Source of the DNA: Gemmatimonadota bacterium
GTDB lineage: Bacteria; Gemmatimonadota; Gemmatimonadetes; JACCXV01; JAHWKZ01
Assembly: GCA_033722155.1 (NCBI GenBank)
Contig: JAWVZN010000003.1
Span: 24,845 to 88,844, forward strand
Length of the DNA: 64,000 bases
Direction: 5' to 3'
In this document: positions 54,664 through 62,598 of the stretch, piece after piece
Layout: each line of letters starts with the position of its first letter
Numbering within the stretch: position 1 is the stretch's first letter
Program-made: the position numbers and the translations under genes
The notes under the pieces: model-generated
What the model was told of the DNA's origin: nothing
The model's database searches: none
What the model saw: the letters and a program-made list of their open reading frames with translations, nothing else

Positions 54664-55043
54664 CCGCGGCTTCCCGCGCCGGAGGAGCCGAGCAGCTCCT
54701 CCACCTTCCCGGCGAGCTCGAGCGGATCGAAAGGCTTGGGCACGATCCCCCGGACGTCGCTCTGCCGCAGGGCGTCGGCCCGCTCCCCCTCCGCGTTACC
54801 GGTCAGGAACACCACCGGAACATGCGTGAGGCCGTCGTCGAGGCGCATCCGCCGAAGCACCGCTTCGCCGCTCTCGTCGGGGAGGAGCACGTCGAGCAGA
54901 ACCGCGTCGGGCCGATCGCGGCGGGCCCGCTCCAGCCCCTCGGCTCCGCTCGCGGCTGTCGCCACCTCGTGTCCGGCCTTCTCCAGGGCGAAGCGTGCCA
55001 CGTGCCGGATCTCCGGATCGTCGTCCACCACGAGGACCCTCAC
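54660..55043 (-). CDS. Single-domain (CheY-like) response regulator
   Basis: VRVLVVDDDPEI...LLDVLLPDESG...PKPFDP. 127 aa. GTG in a GTGA overlap at 55040-55043. Confidence 0.8.
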   Translation of the reverse strand: MRVLVVDDDPEIRHVARFALEKAGHEVATAASGAEGLERARRDRPDAVLLDVLLPDESGEAVLRRMRLDDGLTHVPVVFLTGNAEGERADALRQSDVRGIVPKPFDPLELAGKVEELLGSSGAGSRG

Positions 55044-56587
55044 GACTTTTTCAGCAGCCGGTGGACGCGGGCCAGCAGCTCGGTCGGCGAAAAGGGCTTC
55101 ACCATGTAGTCGTCGGCGCCGAGCGAGAGGCCGCGCACCACGTCCTCCTCGCTGCCTCGCACCGTCAACACGATCACCGGGATCGAGGAGGTCTCCCGCT
55201 GCTGCCGCATCCGGTTGAGCACCTCGAAGCCGTCCATGTCGGGCAGCAGCACGTCGAGGATCACGAGCGAGAACTCGGATCCGTCCCCGTTGGATCCGAC
55301 CTCGTCGAGGACCGCTTCGCCGTCGCTGCAGTGGACGACCTCGAGTCCCTCCTGGGAGAGGCGGTGGCGGATCAGCGTGGCTACGAGGTCGTCGTCCTCT
55401 CCGATCAGCACCCGCCGCTTCGGTCGGGGAACGTCCGCGCTGTCGGAGACGACGCGGTCGCGTCCGGTGGACTTCGCCAGGTACAGGTAGTAGTCGGCGC
55501 GAGCCACCGCCTCGTCCGCCTCGTCCTCCGGCAGCACCGGCGCCACCCCCGCGCTGAAGGAGAGCTGGAACGTCTCCCCTTCCGCGACGAACTGCTCCTG
55601 GCGAAACCGGCGGCGGGCCTTGTCGAGGGCGCGCAGCGCCCCCTCGCTGTCGGTGTCGGGGAACAGCACCACGAACTCCTCCCCTCCCCAGCGCGCCACG
55701 AGATCGGATCCGCGAAGTGCGTCCTCGATCGTGGTCGCGGCACGCCGAAGCACCTCGTCCCCCATCGCGTGTCCGTGGGCGTCGTTCACCTGCTTGAAGC
55801 GGTCGAGATCGAGAAAACCGATCGAGAGGGCCTGCTCCTGTCGCCGCGCGAACGCCTGGGCCAGCCGGAAGGACTCGTGGAAGGCGGCCCGGTTCGGAAG
55901 CTCCGTGAGGGGGTCCTGCCGCGATTCCTGCGCCGACTCCCGGTAGCGCTGCAGCTTGGAGGCGACCGCGGTCGCGAACGCCTCCGGATCGAACGGCTTC
56001 TCGAAGAACTCGTCGGCGCCGAGCGCGAAGCATTCGCTCTTGGCGAGGCTGGAGGACTTCACGGTGAGCACGATGACCGGAAGCGCCGCGGTCGACGGCC
56101 GCTCCCGCAACCGCATCAGCAGGTTCCGCCCGTCGGTGTCGGGGAGGACGAGGTCCAGAACCACGAGATCGACCTCCTCCACGGCGAGGATCCGCTCGGC
56201 CTCTTCGGCCGTGCGGGCGTGGTGGATCTCGCGATTGTCGTTCCCCAGATGCCATTCGAGGATCCGGGCGATCTCGTCGTCGTCGTCGATCACCAGGAGC
56301 CCTACGCGATCCGCCTCGCTTCTGCCGGCCACCTCCCGGAGGACGTCGAGCAACCCCTCCAGCTTCACCGGCAGCTCGCTGTCGCTCGCCTCCTCCACCT
56401 CGGCGGCGGCTTCGGTGATGCGGGGGAAGCCGTAGGTGCCGCCGGAGCCGCGCAGGGAGTGGGCGACGCGCCGGATCGTGCCCCGCGCCTCCCCCCGATC
56501 CTCCACCAGGAGGGCCTCGGCAGCCGCCTCGAGGGCGTCGATCCGGGCCTCCAGCTGTTCCCGGTACCAACTCTTCAGCTCTTCCAT
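55040..56587 (-). CDS. HPt-REC-GGDEF-REC diguanylate cyclase response regulator
   Basis: HPt motif AHSLRGSGGTYG, REC (LLVIDDDD...VLDLVLPDTDG), GGDEF with an intact GGEEF and an RGSD I-site 5 aa upstream, and a second REC (VLIGEDDD...ILDVLLPDMDG...VKPF). ATG at 56587 is preferred over the TTG at 56632. Confidence 0.85.
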   Translation of the reverse strand: MEELKSWYREQLEARIDALEAAAEALLVEDRGEARGTIRRVAHSLRGSGGTYGFPRITEAAAEVEEASDSELPVKLEGLLDVLREVAGRSEADRVGLLVIDDDDEIARILEWHLGNDNREIHHARTAEEAERILAVEEVDLVVLDLVLPDTDGRNLLMRLRERPSTAALPVIVLTVKSSSLAKSECFALGADEFFEKPFDPEAFATAVASKLQRYRESAQESRQDPLTELPNRAAFHESFRLAQAFARRQEQALSIGFLDLDRFKQVNDAHGHAMGDEVLRRAATTIEDALRGSDLVARWGGEEFVVLFPDTDSEGALRALDKARRRFRQEQFVAEGETFQLSFSAGVAPVLPEDEADEAVARADYYLYLAKSTGRDRVVSDSADVPRPKRRVLIGEDDDLVATLIRHRLSQEGLEVVHCSDGEAVLDEVGSNGDGSEFSLVILDVLLPDMDGFEVLNRMRQQRETSSIPVIVLTVRGSEEDVVRGLSLGADDYMVKPFSPTELLARVHRLLKKS

Positions 56588-56701
56588 GGGATTCACGACC
56601 TCGATCGCAGAATCAAGGGGAATCGCGCGCAATCCACCCGTACGGCGCGCAGCGGGGCGCCGATCCGAGCCGGCGCGACTCCGCTCGACATCCGCGAAAC
56701 G

Positions 56702-58768
56702 TCAGCCGGGCGTGGAGAGCGCCCTCCCGGCCGCCGGATGGTCGTCTCCTTTCGATGCAAGATCGGGGCCCCCACGCGCCCTCGGCGCGAGCACCACGGA
56801 GAAGCACGTCCCCTCCCCCACCTCGCTCTCGACGGTGAGGTCGTATCCCAGCAGCCGGCACAGCGAACTCGAGATCGCCAGCCCGAGCCCGGTTCCACCG
56901 TAGGTGCGGGCGGTGCCCGTCTCCGCCTGCTCGAACGCCTCGAAGATCTTCCGGAGGCGGTCGGGAGGGATCCCGATCCCGGTGTCCTCCACCTCGATCC
57001 GCACCGGCCGCGCCTCCCCGGCGGCGACCACGCGGACCGTGATCCTTCCGCGATCGGTGAACTTCACCGCGTTGCCGATCAGGTTGATCAGGATCTGCTT
57101 CAGCTTGCCCCGGTCGGTCCGGATCGGCTCGAGGAGGCCGGGGAGCTCGGCCTTCAGCTCGAGGTCGCGATCGAGCACCGGCCCCCGGAACTGGTCGACG
57201 GTCTCCTCCACGAGCTCCTCGAGGTCGACCTCCTCGAGATCGACGCTCATCCGACCGGCCTCGATCTTCGAGAGATCCAGGATCTCGTTGATCAGGTCGA
57301 GGAGGTGGAGGCCGTTCTCCCGGATCCGTTCGAGGAACCCTCGCCCGCGCTCGTCGAGCGCGTCGCCGGCCCGTTTCAGCAGGACGTTCGCGAAGCCGAT
57401 CACCGAGTTGAGCGGCGTCCGGAGCTCGTGGCTCATGGTGGCCAGGAACTCGCTCTTCGCCCGGGTCGCCTCCTCGGCGGCCTCCTTCGCCTGCCGAAGC
57501 TCCTCCTCCGCCCGCTTGCGCGCGGTGATGTCCCGGTAGATCTCGTAGAGCGCGGTTCGGCCCCGCTCGAGGTCGATTGCGGTGCCCAGCACCGAGACGT
57601 CGATCGTCGTTCCGTCCTTGCGGCGCCGGATCGTCTCGTACCCCACGTTCTGCCCGCGGGCGACCCGGTCCTGCCACGTCCGCGCCTCGGCCCGGCGATC
57701 CTCCGGCACGATCAGCTCCTCGATCGCGGAGCCGAGGGCTTCCTCCCGCGGCCACCCGAACGTGCGCGTGAACTCGTCGTTCATCCGGGCGACCCGCCCC
57801 TCCTCGTCCAGGACGACGATCGCCTCCGGAGCGCTCTCGAAGAGCCGCTCCAGGTACGCCTTCTGCACCTCGAGCTCCTCCTGGGCCCGCTCCCGCTGGA
57901 CCACCTCGCGGGCGAGCGCGGCAGCCCCCTCCTCGGCCCGCCGGAACGTGAGGTAGACGCTGACGAGCAGCCCCACCCCGACGCACAGGTAGCTCACGAC
58001 CTTCAACACGTGGGCGGCGAGGAACAGCGCGTCGTGGGGGGCGGAAGAGAACGCCATGAACGGCGCCTCGCTCACGAAGGCGATCAGCAGCGAGACCACC
58101 AGCCAGTGGTCGAAGGCGTTGTCCCTCCAGTGGGCCTTCCACAGGTAGCCGCACAGCGCGAACAGGAACAGCCCCGCCGGAACGAGTTCCTGGGGACGGG
58201 GGAGCGCCGCCTCCGTCCACCCCCGGGACAGCGGCGCGGCCTCGATGACGATCACGGTCGCCACGGTGAGCAGGGCGGTGGTGATGTAGACCGCCCCCTC
58301 GCCCACCCGACCCTCCTGCCCCAGCCTCCGCTCCCTCCGCCAGCCGAGCCAGTTCAGGCAGAAGAACAGGGCCAGCAGCGTCCGTGAGGCGAACCAGCTC
58401 CACGCCTCGACCGCCGTCCGCTGGGCCGCCGCCCCCGCCGCGAACGGGGCGGACTCCACGAGGTGGACCCCGTCCAGGAAGGCGGCGGCGAGGAATCCCG
58501 TCCCGAGGAACAGGAAAACGTTGTTCTTCTTGCTGTAGAAGCGGACCAGGGCGAGGACGCCGAGGAACAGCGCGAGGGTGGTGGCGATCGCCTCGAGTAC
58601 CGCGTGCTCGCGCGGACCGCCCCAACCCGGGGCGCCCCGCAGCGCCACGTAGCCGACCGCGGCGGCCGCCAGCAGCGCCAGATAGGCGACCATCCGCTGG
58701 CGCTCGACGCGCGCGCCGCCCCTCCACGCGGTCGGCGTCGCCCGGAGGACCTTCTCCTCCACCCTCAT
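56702..58768 (-). CDS. Sensor histidine kinase (multi-TM sensor - PAS - HisKA - HATPase_c)
   Basis: About 7-8 TM helices, PAS (LFESAPEAIVVLDEEGRV), H-box FLATMSHELRTPLN, N-box LINLIGNAVKFT, and G-boxes DTGIGI/GGTGLGLAI. ATG in an ATGA overlap at 58765-58768. Confidence 0.85.
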   Translation of the reverse strand: MRVEEKVLRATPTAWRGGARVERQRMVAYLALLAAAAVGYVALRGAPGWGGPREHAVLEAIATTLALFLGVLALVRFYSKKNNVFLFLGTGFLAAAFLDGVHLVESAPFAAGAAAQRTAVEAWSWFASRTLLALFFCLNWLGWRRERRLGQEGRVGEGAVYITTALLTVATVIVIEAAPLSRGWTEAALPRPQELVPAGLFLFALCGYLWKAHWRDNAFDHWLVVSLLIAFVSEAPFMAFSSAPHDALFLAAHVLKVVSYLCVGVGLLVSVYLTFRRAEEGAAALAREVVQRERAQEELEVQKAYLERLFESAPEAIVVLDEEGRVARMNDEFTRTFGWPREEALGSAIEELIVPEDRRAEARTWQDRVARGQNVGYETIRRRKDGTTIDVSVLGTAIDLERGRTALYEIYRDITARKRAEEELRQAKEAAEEATRAKSEFLATMSHELRTPLNSVIGFANVLLKRAGDALDERGRGFLERIRENGLHLLDLINEILDLSKIEAGRMSVDLEEVDLEELVEETVDQFRGPVLDRDLELKAELPGLLEPIRTDRGKLKQILINLIGNAVKFTDRGRITVRVVAAGEARPVRIEVEDTGIGIPPDRLRKIFEAFEQAETGTARTYGGTGLGLAISSSLCRLLGYDLTVESEVGEGTCFSVVLAPRARGGPDLASKGDDHPAAGRALSTPG

Positions 58769-59127
58769 TCCAGCTGGGCCTCGATCACCTCGATCAGCTT
58801 CTCCTCGTCCACGATCGGCTTGCTCACGTAGCCGTCGAACCCCTTCGAGAGATACTTCTTCCGGTCGCCGGCCATGGCGTGCGCGGTGACCGCGATCACC
58901 GGAACGTCGACCAGCCGCTCGTCCTCGCGCATCCGGCGGAGCACTTCGGTTCCGTCCATCTCCGGCATCGAGATGTCGAGCAGCACGAGTTCGGGCTTCT
59001 GCCTGCGGAAGCCCTCGAGCGCGTCGGGACCCGACTCGTACTCGACGATCCGGTACCGGTCGCCGAGGATCGCCGCCACCAGGAGCCGGTTGTCGGGATT
59101 CTCCTCCACGTGGGCGATCGTCGTCAT
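58765..59127 (-). CDS. Single-domain (CheY-like) response regulator
   Basis: LLDISMPEMDG, VIAVTAHA, and SKP. 120 aa. ATG in an ATGA overlap at 59124-59127. Confidence 0.85.
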   Translation of the reverse strand: MTTIAHVEENPDNRLLVAAILGDRYRIVEYESGPDALEGFRRQKPELVLLDISMPEMDGTEVLRRMREDERLVDVPVIAVTAHAMAGDRKKYLSKGFDGYVSKPIVDEEKLIEVIEAQLE

Positions 59128-59492
59128 CCGCTTCTCCCTCGCGTCTCTCGCTCCAACCGGTCCCGGGCGGCCGCGAAGGCGTTCGCCATCTCCGCGATCT
59201 CCCGCTCCAGCGCGGCCGTCCCGGCGCCGGCGTCCCGCGCCCGCTCGGCGCCCGACTCCACCCGCTGGGCCTGCTCCTGCAGACGGACGGCGCCGACGTT
59301 GCCCGCGCTCGACTTCAGGGAGTGGGCGGCCCGCTCGAGGGTCTCGAGGTCGCCGTCGGCGACCGCGGCCCGCGCGGCGGCGATCCGGTCCTCCCCCAGC
59401 TCCGAGAACAGCGCCACCATCTTCGATGCCAGGGCCTCGCCTCCGAGACGCCGGAGCCGCTCGAGGCCGGCCGGATCCACATCCTCAGGCAC
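59124..59492 (-). CDS. Stand-alone HPt (histidine phosphotransfer) protein
   Basis: AAHSLKSSAGNVGA HPt motif in a four-helix-length 122-aa protein. Confidence 0.75.
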   Translation of the reverse strand: MPEDVDPAGLERLRRLGGEALASKMVALFSELGEDRIAAARAAVADGDLETLERAAHSLKSSAGNVGAVRLQEQAQRVESGAERARDAGAGTAALEREIAEMANAFAAARDRLERETRGRSG

Positions 59493-60069
59493 GCCCGGCG
59501 CTCCTCCACCGCCACGCCCGGCTCCCGTACGAAATGTAGGAGAGCGCCAGCATCACGCTCGCCGCGACGGTCAGGGCGGGGTACGCGGACTTCCACTGCA
59601 AGATATGGGCGAGAGTGAGCAGACCGAGGAAGAACGTCGTCAGCTTCCCCGTCCAGTCCGCGGAGAATACCACCTGCTCCCGTCGGAAGAAGAGCCACGC
59701 GCCGCCGATCAGGAGCGCGTCCCGGAGGATCACCAGCCCTACGAGCCAGATCGGGAATCCGCGGGTGGCGGCGAGGTACACGATGAGCCCCCCCAGGAGC
59801 ACCTTGTCGGCGAGCGGATCGACGACCTTGCCGCTCGGGCTGATCGCCGAGCGGCGCCGGGCGAGCCAGCCGTCGAGGAGGTCGGACAGGCCCGCTACCA
59901 CCAGCAGGACCGTCGCCCATTCGTCGCTCTTCGGGGCGGGGCTCTCGAGCAGCCACAGGATCGGCACGAGGAACACCATCCGGATCGCCGAGAGGGCGTT
60001 GGGGAGGGTCGCCCATCGGACCCCCCCCTCGACCCGCTCCGGATCCGAGGAGCCGTGCGTCGCTTTCAC
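59485..60069 (-). CDS. pgsA: CDP-alcohol phosphatidyltransferase (PgsA-like)
   Basis: DLLDGWLARR...GKVVDPLADK (the D-G-x2-A-R...G-x3-D-x3-D signature). GTG in a GTGA overlap with the recN stop at 60066-60069. Confidence 0.8.
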   Translation of the reverse strand: MKATHGSSDPERVEGGVRWATLPNALSAIRMVFLVPILWLLESPAPKSDEWATVLLVVAGLSDLLDGWLARRRSAISPSGKVVDPLADKVLLGGLIVYLAATRGFPIWLVGLVILRDALLIGGAWLFFRREQVVFSADWTGKLTTFFLGLLTLAHILQWKSAYPALTVAASVMLALSYISYGSRAWRWRSAGRA

Positions 60070-61721
60070 GCCCGCCCCGTCAGCAGCTCCTCGGCGTGAT
60101 GGCGGCTCACGTCCCGGTCGGGATCGCCGCCGAGCAGCCGGCTCACCTCCCGGACCCGGTCCTCGTCGTCGACCGAGCGGGCCGAGATCACCGTCCGCTC
60201 GTCCCGAGGCGCCTTCTCCACGACCAGGTGGCGGTCGGCCGCGGCCGCGATCTGGGCCAGGTGGGTCACCACGATCACCTGGTGGTGCTTCGCGACCGCC
60301 TTCAGCTGCGCCGCGACCCGATGGGCGATCCTCCCGCCGATCCCGGCGTCGATCTCGTCGAACACCAGGGTCGGGGTGCGGTCCGCGGCGGCAAGCGCGG
60401 ACTGCAGCGCGAGCATCACCCGGGAGAGCTCGCCTCCGGAGGCGATGCGGGAGAGGGGTCGCGGGGACTCGCCCGCGTTGGGCGCGATCCGGAACTCCAC
60501 CCGCTCCAGGCCGGCCCGGGACCACGCCCACCGCTCCCCGCCGCGGGGCACGCCCCCGGGATCGGGACGGCGGGAGAGGTCGATCTCGAAGGTGCCCTCG
60601 CCCATCCCGAGCTCGGCGAGCCGGTCGGTGACCGCCGCCTCCAGGCGATCGGCGGCGGCCTCCCGCGCGTCGGCGAGCGCGTTGGTGGCGACGGTCAGCT
60701 CGCGGAAGTGCTCCTCCCGCTCGGCGTCGAGCGAGGCCGCGCGCCTCTCGGCGGCCTCGAGCTCGGAGAGCTCCTCCCGCATGCGCCGGGCGGTCTCGAG
60801 CACCTCCTCGAGGCTCCCGCCGTGCTTGCGCCGGAGCCGAAAGAGGAGGTCGCGCCTCTCCTCCACAGCGGCCAGGCGCCCGGGGTCGAGATCCACCGCG
60901 TCGGCGTATCGCCCCAGCTCCCGGCCGACCTCCTCCAGATCGTAACGGACCGACGTCAGCCGGTCGGCCAGCGGGGCGAGGTCCGCGTCGAGCTCGGCGA
61001 GCCGTCGCAGATGGCGCTCCAGGCCCGCCAGGGCGGGCGCGACGGCGTCGTCGGCCTCGGCCAGCGCCCGGTTCAGCTCGCCGGCCAGCCTGCGCCGCTC
61101 CGTCGAGTGCCGCAGGCGCTCGGCCTCGCTCGCCAGCGACTCCTCCTCGCCGGGCTCGATCTCCGCGGCGTCGATCTCCTCGACCTGCGAGCGGAGGTAG
61201 TCGATTCTCTCGGCCCGCCGCCGCTCGGCGTCCTCCAGCTCCGCGCGCTCGGCCTCCAGCGCCGCCAGCGCCTCGGCGGCCCCGGAGACGGTCTCGGCGA
61301 TCCCCTCCGCGCCGGCGAAGGCGTCGAGCAGCTTCCGCTGCACCGCTCCCTTCACCAGCAACCGGTCCTCGTGCTGGCCGTGGAGCACCACCCGTCGCTC
61401 CCCCACCTCCCGCAGCATCCGGGCGGTCGCCATGTCGCCGTCGAGGTAGCACCGGTTGGAGCGATCGCGGCGTATCTCCCGACGCACCAGCCGCTCACCC
61501 CCGCGCGCGTCCCCGAACAGCCCCTCAACCACCGCCCGCTCGGCGCCCTCGCGGATCGCGTCCGTCGAGGCGCGCGCGCCGAGCAGCAGCGCCACCCCCT
61601 CGACCAGGATCGACTTGCCCGCCCCCGTTTCGCCGGTGAGGACGTTGAGCCCGGGTCCGAACTCCACCTCGACCTCGTCGATCAGCGCGTACTCGGCCAG
61701 CCGGAGGCGTCTGAGCGTCAT
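60066..61721 (-). CDS. recN: DNA repair protein RecN
   Basis: Walker A GETGAGKS, long coiled coil, SGGELSR signature, and VFDEIDAGIGG. ATG in an ATGA overlap at 61718-61721. Confidence 0.9.
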   Translation of the reverse strand: MTLRRLRLAEYALIDEVEVEFGPGLNVLTGETGAGKSILVEGVALLLGARASTDAIREGAERAVVEGLFGDARGGERLVRREIRRDRSNRCYLDGDMATARMLREVGERRVVLHGQHEDRLLVKGAVQRKLLDAFAGAEGIAETVSGAAEALAALEAERAELEDAERRRAERIDYLRSQVEEIDAAEIEPGEEESLASEAERLRHSTERRRLAGELNRALAEADDAVAPALAGLERHLRRLAELDADLAPLADRLTSVRYDLEEVGRELGRYADAVDLDPGRLAAVEERRDLLFRLRRKHGGSLEEVLETARRMREELSELEAAERRAASLDAEREEHFRELTVATNALADAREAAADRLEAAVTDRLAELGMGEGTFEIDLSRRPDPGGVPRGGERWAWSRAGLERVEFRIAPNAGESPRPLSRIASGGELSRVMLALQSALAAADRTPTLVFDEIDAGIGGRIAHRVAAQLKAVAKHHQVIVVTHLAQIAAAADRHLVVEKAPRDERTVISARSVDDEDRVREVSRLLGGDPDRDVSRHHAEELLTGRA

Positions 61722-62587
61722 CCCTCGCTCGCCGCCCGGCCGCCCCAGAAGAAGCGGTCGCGCAGCGCCTCGACGTAGCGATTCTGGTCGAGGCCCGCGA
61801 GCAGCACCCGCCGCTCGCCCCGCGAGACCCGCACCTCGTCGCCGACCGCGAGCGGAATCTCGACCTGGCCGTCCAGGATCAGGTACATCCCCTCCCCGCC
61901 GCGATCGATCCGCACGCCGAGGGTCCGGTCCGCCGGCGCCACCAGCGGCCGGATCGCCAGCGCGTGCACGCAGATCGGGGTGACGAGGATGGAGTCGAGC
62001 CCGGGCATCGCCAGCGGTCCTCCGGCCGAGAGGTTGTAGCCGGTCGCGCCGGTGGGCGTGGAGAGGATGAGGCCGTCGGCGAGCTGGGCCCCGAGCGCGT
62101 CTTCGTCGACGGAGAGGGAGAGGCGCATCACCCGCAGGTTGCCGCCCTTGTGGACGACCGCGTCGTTGAGGGCGTGGTGGCGCGCGACGACCTCTCCGCC
62201 GCGGCGGACCTCGGCCACCAGCGTCATCCGGGACTCCACCGGCGCCGATCCCTCGAGGACCGGGACGATCCGCTCGCCCATCGTGGTGGGCGAGGCGGCG
62301 GTGAGGAAGCCGAGCCCGCCGAGATTGATGCCGAAGATCGGGATCGGGCGGCCGCCGATCCGGCGGGCCGCCGCGAGCAGGGTGCCGTCCCCGCCCAGGG
62401 TGACGAGGAGATCCGCCTCGAGCCGATCCCACTCCAGCGGCTCCGCGGGGATGTCCAGCGCCTGGATCGCCTCGGGCTCCAGGGAGGGGGTCCATTCGCG
62501 GTGGCGCAGCAGCGTGACGGTCCTGTCGACCATCTCGCGGATCCGGGAGCGATCCAGGTTGGCGACGATCGCCGCGCGGGACCCCAC
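61718..62587 (-). CDS. nadK: NAD+ kinase
   Basis: GGDGTLL, NLGGLGFL, and STPTGATGYNLSAGGP motifs. GTG at 62587 gives 289 aa. Confidence 0.85.
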   Translation of the reverse strand: MGSRAAIVANLDRSRIREMVDRTVTLLRHREWTPSLEPEAIQALDIPAEPLEWDRLEADLLVTLGGDGTLLAAARRIGGRPIPIFGINLGGLGFLTAASPTTMGERIVPVLEGSAPVESRMTLVAEVRRGGEVVARHHALNDAVVHKGGNLRVMRLSLSVDEDALGAQLADGLILSTPTGATGYNLSAGGPLAMPGLDSILVTPICVHALAIRPLVAPADRTLGVRIDRGGEGMYLILDGQVEIPLAVGDEVRVSRGERRVLLAGLDQNRYVEALRDRFFWGGRAASEG

Positions 62588-62598
62588 GGTGCGTCGGG

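Noticed and set aside
56588-56632. TTG start at 56632 for the HPt-REC-GGDEF-REC gene
   Set aside because: An ATG at 56587 lies 15 codons downstream and begins directly at the helical HPt region. The TTG adds a non-conserved-looking peptide. It is kept only as an alternative.
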